Virus record (IMG/VR): IMGVR_UViG_3300033273_000677
Coordinates: 711-64,710 of that record
Origin: a virus
Taxonomy: Duplodnaviria; Caudoviricetes
Reading direction: 5' to 3' (one strand)
DNA length: 64,000 bases
Part shown: positions 33,310 to 44,200 of the stretch, piece after piece
Layout: every line of letters starts with the position of its first letter
Position numbering within the stretch: position 1 is the stretch's first letter
Position numbers and translations under genes: made by a program
Notes under the pieces: generated by a model
Seen by the model: only the letters and a program-made list of their open reading frames with translations
Database searches by the model: none
Told to the model about the DNA's origin: nothing

Positions 33310-35202
33310 ATGCCTTTTACAAAGTATACAAATCTAGATTTTGATCAGATAAAGACTTCTATCAAAGATTATCTCCGTGCAAACTCTACGTTTACGGATT
33401 TTGACTTTGAGGGATCAAACTTTTCTGTTTTAATAGATACGTTAGCATATAATACTTATATAACAGCGTTTAATTCAAATATGATTGTGAATGAATCCTT
33501 TCTGGATTCAGCCACTCTCAGAGAAAATGTTGTTTCTCTTGCCGGAAATATTGGATATGTACCACGTTCAAGAACAGCATCAGTAGCACAGATATCGTTT
33601 GATGTAACAACCACCGTAGACACCCCTACACTGACTCTCAAGGCAGGTATAGTGTGCGTAGGCAGTGCTAATGACTCCACATATACATTTGCCGTTCCAG
33701 AGGATATTACGGCAAATGTGGTTGATGGAACAGCTTCTTTTGATAAAATTGATGTATTGCAAGGAATATTTTTAACAAAGAAATTTTTGTATGATGGATC
33801 ATTAGATCAAAGGTTTATCTTAAATAATTCTTTTATTGACACATCGACTATTAAAGTTTATATTGGTAAAGAAAATACCAGAGGTATTGAATATTCTCTT
33901 TCGGAAAATATTTTTAATATTGATAAAAATTCAAGAATCTTTTTCATAAATGAAGTTCAAGATGAAAAATATGAATTGAGATTTGGTGATGGAATTATTG
34001 GCAAAAAACTAGGTGAAGATGGTGATGGAACTTATATTACTGTAAATTATATTGTAACAGATGGCAGAGATGGTAATGGTGCTAGTAATTTCTCTTTTTC
34101 CGGAACACTAGAATCTGCCAACAATCAAGTCATTGATCCTGGAACTGTTACGATTACAACCAATCAATCATCAATTAATGGTGGTGAAATTGAACCAATC
34201 GACTCTGTTAAGTATTATGCCCCAAGACTGTACTCATCACAGTACAGGGCAGTTACAGCAAGGGACTATGAGGCAATTATTAGGAGAATATATCCTAATA
34301 CTGAATCAGTTTCTGTAGTTGGTGGTGAGCAGTTAGATCCTCCTCAATTTGGAACGGTTCAAATTAGTATAAAACCAAAAAATGGAAGTTTTGTTTCTGA
34401 TTTTAATAAAGAACAGATTTTATCAAAATTAAAACAATTTTCTGTATCTGGAATTAATCAAAAGATAATTGATCTTAAGATTCTTTATGTAGAGTTAGAC
34501 AGTTCTGTTTATTATAATTATTCAAAAATATCAGGTTTAGAGGAACTAAAAACTTCGATTACAGATTCTCTTCGAAAGTATTCCAACTCATTAGACTTAA
34601 ACAAGTTTGGAGGAAGACTTAGATATAGTAAAGTTCAACAAGTTATTGATAATACAAACACGGCAATTACTTCAAATATTACAAAAGTAATTATTCGTAG
34701 AGACTTAAAAGCAGTTCTAAACACTTTTACACAATATGAATTATGCTATGGAAATAGATTTCATGTAAATCCTCAAGGAAAAAATATTAAGTCTACAGGA
34801 TTTAAAATTTCTGGAGAAAGTTCTACAGTATATTTTTCAGATGTTCCAAATGAGGATTTAAAAACTGGAACTATTTCAATATTTAAAATTGATGCAGATG
34901 GAAATATCGTTGTAGTATCTGAAGAAGTTGGAACAGTGGATTATGAAAAAGGAGAAATTATTCTTGGAACTTTAAATATTACATCGACTATGGTTGCTGG
35001 TAATGTTATAGAAATTCAAGCATTTCCAGAGTCCAATGATGTTGTTGGTTTGAGAGATTTGTATATCACATTAAATGTTTCTAAAAGTACAATAAATATG
35101 GTAAGAGATGTAATTGCTTCTGGTGACGAAATATCCGGAACCAGATTTGTTAATGATTTTTATACATCAAGTTATTCAAACGGAAGTCTTATAAGAAAGT
35201 AG
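33310..35202 (+). CDS. gp6: Baseplate wedge subunit gp6
   Basis: LDFDQIK, DFEGS, ESFLDSATLRENVVSLA, FGDG, RAVTARDY. Confidence 0.92.
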   Translation: MPFTKYTNLDFDQIKTSIKDYLRANSTFTDFDFEGSNFSVLIDTLAYNTYITAFNSNMIVNESFLDSATLRENVVSLAGNIGYVPRSRTASVAQISFDVTTTVDTPTLTLKAGIVCVGSANDSTYTFAVPEDITANVVDGTASFDKIDVLQGIFLTKKFLYDGSLDQRFILNNSFIDTSTIKVYIGKENTRGIEYSLSENIFNIDKNSRIFFINEVQDEKYELRFGDGIIGKKLGEDGDGTYITVNYIVTDGRDGNGASNFSFSGTLESANNQVIDPGTVTITTNQSSINGGEIEPIDSVKYYAPRLYSSQYRAVTARDYEAIIRRIYPNTESVSVVGGEQLDPPQFGTVQISIKPKNGSFVSDFNKEQILSKLKQFSVSGINQKIIDLKILYVELDSSVYYNYSKISGLEELKTSITDSLRKYSNSLDLNKFGGRLRYSKVQQVIDNTNTAITSNITKVIIRRDLKAVLNTFTQYELCYGNRFHVNPQGKNIKSTGFKISGESSTVYFSDVPNEDLKTGTISIFKIDADGNIVVVSEEVGTVDYEKGEIILGTLNITSTMVAGNVIEIQAFPESNDVVGLRDLYITLNVSKSTINMVRDVIASGDEISGTRFVNDFYTSSYSNGSLIRK

Positions 35203-35203
35203 C

Positions 35204-38200
35204 ATGATACAAACTGGAATTGAATCTAGAGTCAAGATTCAGGATGTAATTTCCAATCAATTACCAGAATTTCTTTTGGATGAAAGTCCAAAAGCAATAG
35301 ATTTTTTAAAGCAATATTATATTTCTCAAGAATATCAGGGAGGTCCTGTTGATCTCATCGATAATCTTGATCAATATTTAAAAGTAGATAATTTAAAACC
35401 GGAAGTTATTGTTGATAGTGTATTATTAGATAATGATGTAACATCTACTGATACTATAATTGAAGTTTCTAGTACTAAAGGATTTCCGAATGAGTATGGT
35501 CTTTTGAAAATCGATGATGAGATCATTACTTATACAGGTATAACATCCAATACATTCACTGGATGTATTCGTGGTTTTAGTGGAATTTCAGAATTTGATC
35601 AAAATTCTAATAGTAAAGATTTAGTATTCTCTACTTCAACTGCTACATCTCATAAAAGTAGTGCGCCTGTACAAAACCTAAGTTCTTTATTCTTAAAGGA
35701 GTTTTATATAAAATTAAAATCAACTTTTACTCCAGGATTAGAAAATATTTCTTTTGTAGAAGAAATTGATGCTGGCAATTTTATAAAGAGAGCAAAAGAT
35801 TTTTATTCATCAAAAGGAACTGATGAAGCGATAAAAATTCTCTTCAAAGTTATTTTTGGTGAATCTCCATCTATTATAAATTTGGAAGATTATTTAATTA
35901 AACCATCTTTTGCAAATTATGTTAGAAGAGAGATCGTAATTGCAGAAGTTGTATCTGGAGAACCTTTAAAAATTATTGGTGAAACTCTCATAAAAAATAC
36001 TGATGCAAATACAACAGCATCCATCTCTGCCGTAGAACCATTTTCAAGAAAAGGAAAAACTTTTTATAAAATCGAGCTGTATATCAGCAATGATGGTAGG
36101 TCTTCAGTGGAGGGTAATTTTGAAATTACCCCAAATACAAAATTAATTGAAAGTGCATCAGTAGGAGATAATATTTTAACAGTAGATTCTACTTTAAGTT
36201 TTCCAGAATCAGGAACTTTAATTTCTGGTAACAATACAATTTCTTATACAGGAAAAAGTGTAAATCAGTTTTTTGGATGCACGGGCATTAATACTGCAGT
36301 AGCAAAATCATCAAATATTAGATCTAATGATACTTATTTTTCATATGAAAATGGAGATGTTACCAAAAAAGTAGAATTAATAATTTTTGGAGTAATTAGT
36401 GATTTCAAACAAGAAAGTGAAAACTTCAAAGCAAGTGAAGGTGATTTAATTTCTATAAAAAATATCGGAGATAAAATTAAAAATAATAATTCAAATTGGA
36501 AAGAAATTTTTGCTAATTCTTTAATATACAATACCAGTACAAGATATGAAATATCAAATAATGATTCTAATAAATTATCATCTACTATTGATAGATCAAG
36601 TTTAAAAATAGGTGATGAAGTTGAAATATTGGAAAGAGAATCTGAAATTGTAGTTACTTCTTCAAATCCAGTATATATTACAAATATTGATAAATCTCAA
36701 AATACTTTAACCTTAGAAAATAAACCAAGTTTAAATGCCAATACAAAGTATGACATAAGAAGAAAATTAAATAAAACCAAATCTTCTGGATCTACATTTG
36801 AATCCGATTCATTATTATCAGATGTGCTTAATCTTTATGTTGATAAAGATGAGTATGCATATATTGCATCCAATTCTTTACCATCCAAGATTGTTGAATT
36901 ATCTAATGGTACTGTAATAGATAATTATCGTTTAGATGTTCAAGAAAGTGTTAAGTCAGTAACTATTTCCAACCTTTCAAATTTAACAGATTTATCTGAT
37001 GAAGTATATAATACTTTTGAAGTTGATAATGTACCTTTTTTAACTGGAGAAGAAGTATTCTATTCTTCTGAAGGAGAAACTTTAGTTGGATTAACTACAG
37101 GAACATATTTTGTAAAGAAAATATCAAATAAAAAATTCAAATTATATGGATCTCAATCTACAATAAGTTCTGGAAGTAATTTGACATTCCAAGTATCAAA
37201 TTCTGGATTAGGAACTCACACTTTTATATTAAATTCCCAAAAAGAAAATGATCTTGGAATACAGAAAATTTTAAGAAAATTTCCATTAGAAAAAAATATT
37301 AAAGAGGGTTCTGGAACACTAACAGTTCCTGGAAAAACTGGAATGTTGATTAATGGTGTTGAGATTGATAACTATAAATCTGATGATGCAGTATATTTTG
37401 GTCCTATTAATGATGCAAATGTTTTATTTGGTGGGGAAGACTATGATGTAATTAATCTGCCACGCATTGTAGTTTCTGATAGTACTGGTAGTGGTGCAAA
37501 AATTCAACCAGTAATCAGTGGTAAATTTGAAAAAGTATACGTAGATACTCAAGATTATGATATTGATAAAATTGCCTCTATTGATATTTCTGGTGGAAAT
37601 GGAAGTGGTGCTGTTATTGAACCAGTATTAATTACCAGACCCAGAGAGGTTTTATTTAATGCCGATGAATTTTCTAGTGGTGGTGGAGTTAATGAAACAA
37701 CAAATCAGATTGTATTTTTAACAGACCACAATTTTGTTAATGGTGAACAAGTAATTTATAATTCATTGGGAAATACTGCCATAAAAATTGGCACATCGAT
37801 AAGCAACGAATTTATGCCCGATAATTCAACATATTTTGTTGAAGTAACGAACAATAAAGCAATAAAATTATATTTTAATTTAGAAGATCAACAATCAAAA
37901 ACAAATCCTGTTGGAATTTTTACAGGATCTCTGGGAAGTCATAAATTTTCAACTGTTTCTTCAAAAAAACAAATTGATAGTATTAAAATTATTAATAGTG
38001 GAGAGGGATATACTAATAGAAAACTAATTGTTAGCCCGACAGGAATATCTACAGTAAACAATTTAGTTAATTTTGTTAATCACGGATTTAATGATGGTGA
38101 ATTAGTATCTTATGATTACGAAACAACTCAAATTTCTGGAATTTCTAGTGCAAATCAATATTATGTTTTAAAGGTTGATAACGATTCTTTTAGGTTATGC

Positions 38201-41200
38201 AATGCTGGTGTTGGAGGAACTATTACCTCAAATTATGAAAGATTGAATTATGAAAAATTCAACAGTATTGGAAGTGGAGAGCAATATTTTAAATATCCAG
38301 ATATTTCAGTTTCTATTCAATACACTACTACCGGAATTGGATCAACCACTCAAACTTTTGAAAATTTAGTTCTTACTCCAGTGGTAAAGGGAGAAATAAT
38401 TGACGCATATGTATATGAGTCTGGAACTGGATACGGATCGACAATTATAAACTATCAAAGAAAACCAACAGTAACTTTACAGAATGGAAAATCTGCACAA
38501 TTAACTCCAGTTGTTGTTAATGGTAGACTTACAAAAGTTTCAATTAGTTATCAAGGTACAGAGTATTATTCTGTTCCCGATTTGATAGTTTCTGGAACAG
38601 GAACTGGGGCTGAATTGAGAGCAATAATTAATGATAGTGGACAAATTAGTGAAGTCAAGGTTCTCAATACTGGTATTGGATATTCTTCATCAAATACGAG
38701 TATTGAAGTTATTCCATCAGGAAAAAATGCTTTTATTGATTCACAAATAAGAAAATTAACTATTAATAATAATCATACAAAATTCTCTACTGGTGAAGTT
38801 TTATTGAATGGTAAAGATAAACTTCAATATTCAGTTTCCAAGTATTTTGAATCTTTAAGAAATTCATTCTTAGAGAATGCAAATTCACGATCTGAAATTA
38901 TTGGTTGGGCATATGATGGAAATCCAATTTATGGTCCATATGGATATCCCAATCCTGCGATACCTTTAGGAGTAAAAACACTAGAATCTGGATATACTCT
39001 CGATTCTTCAAATGTTGTAGATAGACCTTCTGGATTTGATGATGGATTTTTTGTTGAAGATTATAAATTTGATAATAGTGGTGATTTAGATGAATATAAT
39101 GGAAGATATGAAAGAAATGATGATTTTCCAAATGGTGTTTATGCATATCATGCAACAATAGACGAATTCCCATATTTCATAGGAAATAAGTATAGATCCG
39201 AACCAGTTTTTGATTCTAATTTAGATCAATCATTTGATTTCAATAATTCTAATTTATTAAGAAATACTTTACCATATAAGGTATCAGAAAAAGGTGCAGA
39301 CTATGATTTTGTAAATGAAATTAGTGATGTTTTAGAACAAAAAATAAAAGTTGTTTCTGTTACTTCAGGTCCAATAGAATCTTTGGAGATTCAGAGTGCT
39401 GGAGACAAGTTTAAAGTCGGAGATAAATTGATTTTTGACGAAACTAATACCTCTGGAAGTGGATTAGATGTTGCTGTAGAATCATTAAAAGGGAAAAATA
39501 TTACAAATATAGAAACAACTTCAACTTCATATCAAAATTCCGTCTTTACTTGGAATTCTTCGGATAAAATAAAGGTTTCAATATTACCAAATCACAATCT
39601 CTCTAACTTAGATTATGTTACTATATCTGGATTTTCTACAAACCTTTCAAAATTAAATGGAAGTAATAGAATTTCTGTTCCTTCATATAATAATGCAACT
39701 TGCCTATCTACAATAACATCATCATCTGCAGGTTTTACAACAGAAATTTATGTAGCACCGATTCCGGATCAAATATCAGTTGGTAGTAGTATCAGTATTG
39801 GAACAGAAACCCTGAGAGTTCTTGGTGTATTTAAGAATGAAAATATCTTAAGAATAGAAAGAGGATCAACTGGAATATCACATACAGTTGGTACTGCAGT
39901 TTCTTTCTTGCCAGACTTCTTTACTATCGATAAGTCAGTAGACAAATTTGAATCTTCTACAAGCAACAAAGTATTCTTTAACCCTAGAGAATCTATAGGA
40001 GTTTCAACTATAAGTGGAGTTGGATATAGTACTTCATTTGTTTTTGGAAATATTACTGTAAACAAAGATATTCCATCTAAGAGTATTAATATTAATAATC
40101 ACTCATTTACAACAAATCAACGTGTTGTATTTACTAATAATGGAACGAGTATAACTGTTTCTACTGATGGTGTAAATGTATCCAATATTGATACAAATCT
40201 TTTTGTCATTAATAAAAATCCAAATTTAATTGGATTGAAGACATCTATTGATGGAGATGAGTTATTCTTCCATTCTAATGGTGATGACAATGATCTCTAT
40301 TCATTAGAATCTAATCCTACACAAGTTCTTGGAAATGTTGATAAAAGAGAAGTGTCAGTTTTTGTTTCTACTGCACATGAACTTAGAAATGGAGATTTTA
40401 TAACTTTAGATGTTCAACCAAATCTTTCTGTAGGAATAGGAACTTCTACAGCAGTTCGTGTTGTCTATAATTCTCAAATAGGCAATATTACAGTAAATCC
40501 TATTGGATTCAATTCTACAGGTATCAATACATCTACTAATGAATTTACCATAAACAATCATGAATTTGAAACTGGTGATAAAGTCCTTTATGAAGACATT
40601 GGATATGGAGAGTATTTTGTATTTAAGATTGATAATAATAAATTTAAACTTTGCGAAACTTATTTTGACTCTCAGCAAAACCCTCCAACTACTGTAAGTT
40701 TTGCGTCCACAGGAACTGCTTCGCAGTCAATATCATTAATTAATCCCAAATTGAATCCAACTAAAAATAATAATTTTGTATTTGATCTTTCCGATTCTAG
40801 TTTGACTGGATATAATTTTAGGATTTATGAAGACTCCAAATTTAATAATGAATTTATTTCTGTAGGTTCAACAAATCAATTTACGATAACCAAAACAGGG
40901 ACAATTGGATCTGCTTCAGCATCCTTAACATTGAACTACAATTCAAATATTCCAGAAAAATTATATTATACATTAGAAAAAGATGGCACGATAGTTAAAT
41001 CTGACACTGAAGTTGAGAATTATTCTACTATTGAATATAAAGAAAGTGTATATAATAATACCTATAAGATAACTGGAATAGGCACAACGACATTTAATTT
41101 AAATATTACCGAAAAACCAGAAAGATCTTTTTATATTTCAACAGAATGTGATGTTTTAAATTATTCAACATCATCAAGTTTTGCTTCCGGTCCAGTAAAT

Positions 41201-44200
41201 TCATTAAATGCAATATCTTTTGGATCTGGGTACAAATCTTTACCAACTTTAAAATCGACAAATTCGATTTCTGGTTTCGATCTACTCGTAAATCCACTGT
41301 CAAACTCAATTGGATCTGTAAAAGAAAAGGAAATCTTAAATAACAAGTTTACCTATTCCTCAGATAAAACACTCAGACCTAAAGCAAACGTCTCTCCAAC
41401 TATCGTATTGGAGGATTTAAATACGATAGATCAAATATTGGTAACTAATAGTGGTGAAGGGTATACAACTGCACCAACCCTAAAACTTGTTGATTCTGTA
41501 AGTAGAAATGTAATAGATTCCGGAATATTGAAACCAATTTTAACAGGATCTGCAATTTCCTCGGTTAATGTTGAGTCTAAACCAAAAGGTTTGCCAGATG
41601 AAACTGTAGAAATATTTGCGACCAATAATACTAATGGAGTTGCAATTGTAAGTGTAGAATCATCAAACTCTGGTATTTTTACATGCACAATATCAACACC
41701 AATAACTACAGGAATTTCTGCATTTACAGTTCAACCTTTTAATGTTGGTGATAAAGTTTATGTTGAAGGAATTCAAAAATTTAGCAGTACTGGTGATGGA
41801 TTTAATTCTGAAGATTATGGATTTAAGTATTTTGAGGTAACAAATATAAACACTAGTGGAGTAAATGATACTGTTACAATTAGTGTATCAGGACTTACTA
41901 CAAACACTGGTATTGCAAAAACTGTTCAGGATTATTCTGGAGTCTTAATTAATAAAAATGATTATCCTCAGTTTGAAATAACTCAAAAATTATCAGAATT
42001 TTTTGAAGGAGAAAGTTTATCTTCAAATGGAATAATCAGAGACTTAACGGTTGCTAAAAATATTGAAAATCAATTAAAAGTTTCTGGATTATATGATCTA
42101 TCTGTTGGAGAAGTCATCACAGGAACCGAATCTGGAACCGTTGCAACGATAAAATCACTGAATGTTAATGAAGCATTTTTTGATGTTGAATTTTCCAATA
42201 GAAAAAATATTGGATGGAGAGATCAAGTTGGTAAACTAAGTGAAGATTATCAAGTAATTCCTGACAATGATTACTATCAAAATTTATCTTACTCAGTAAA
42301 GAGTTCTATAACTTATAAAGATCAACAATCACCTGTAGAAAATTTAGTTCATACTAGTGGATTGAAAAATTTTGCGAATACTGGAATTTCTTCTTCTGTA
42401 ACTGCAGGTATCACTACAACTAAAGAACAATTTACAATCATTTATGACATTGTTGATGATCGTAGAGTAGATACAGTTAATAATTTTGATAATGTTGTAG
42501 ATGTAGATGTTGTAAATTCAACATCCAAATTCCTAAAACTTGAAAATAGGAATCTTACCAACTATGCAGAATTGAGAAATCTTAACGTATTGGAAATTGA
42601 TGATATTAGTGATCAATTTTCCAATTCTGAATCAGAAAATACTGAATTTTTATCTATTGATGAAGTTGATAATATAACATATCAAAATTATTTGTTTAGA
42701 GTTACCAGTAGTGACAACAGTGAAATACAGTTAACTGATCTAACAATTTTAAGTGATGGAATTGAGACTGTTATTGTTGAAAATGAATCGTTATATAATT
42801 CAAACACCCAATATGGAAGTTTTGAATTATTTGAAAATGAATTTGATGAAACTTTCCTAAGATTTATTCCTGTTGATCCTTTCAATACTGATTATGATGT
42901 CAAATTAATTAAGCAATCTTTCAATACAAGTTTATCTGGAGTTGGAACACAACCAGTTGGATTCGTAACTTTAACCGGATCTGTTGACATAGAAAATAGC
43001 ACTGTTGGTTTAGGAACTACCACAATAATCTCCGTAGATTCTAATAAATTTAAATCTCTTTATATTAATGCACAAGTGACTAATACCATCACGGATGATA
43101 TGAATTATGTAAGATTATATGTTGCACATGATGGAACAAATAGTTTTATGTCAGAATATTACATTGACAATACTCTCAGTTCATCAACAGGTGATTCAAT
43201 AGGAACATTCTATTCCAATTTGAGTAGTGGAATTTTATCAATAACACACGAAAATACCACATCAAATACAATCAATATAAAAACAAACATCGTTGGTTTT
43301 GGAACAACTACATCCGGAATTGGAACATATAGATTTAAGTCATCAGATCAATTGGATGGACAAGAAAGAAGTGTAGTTTATAATTCAAATTATCAATCTA
43401 CAGTATCTTTAGCATCCACAACCATTCATACTTTAGATAAGACATTATTTAATGCATCAAAATCTTTAGTACAAGTCAGTATAGGTGCCAGTAAAGCACT
43501 TCATCAGGTTATGATGTTATTTGATGGAAATGATGTTTATACTCAACAGTTACCTTTCCTTTCAGTAGACAGCATTACTAATACTCTTGACACTTTATCT
43601 GGTATCGGAACTTTTGGTGGAGAAGTATCTGGATCTAATTTAATTCTAAAATTCTATCCAGACAACCAAAATCAACAAGTTGATATTGAAGTATTTAATA
43701 AGTCTCTTTATTCGCAGGTAGATTCTATTAATAATTATCTAGATTTGTCTTATGGTGCTGTAACTGAAAGTATTGATGAAAGATTCTATAATTCAATTAA
43801 TGGTGATAGAATCAATAGAACTAATTTTAAACTCAATAGCAAACTCAAACCAATTTTCTCAAAAGAATTTAATCCAAATTCTGTAGCATTAGCACAAACA
43901 ACAGGAATATTTACTATTCCAGATCATTTCTTTATGACTGGTGAAGAATTAATTTATACTCCAAACTCAACCATTGTTGGTGTTGGTACTAGTGCAATGA
44001 TGACCAGTGCAACTGATGTCTTGCCATCTACAGTATATGCAATTAAAATAACAGAGGATACTTTCAAAGTTGCAATAACAACTACAGCAGCTCAAAGTGG
44101 TATTGGAATAACGTTTACTTCTTTAGGTGAAGGAAATGCTCATAGATTTACTATGAAAGAAAGAAATACTAAGTGTTTAATTAGTGTTGATGAACTTGTT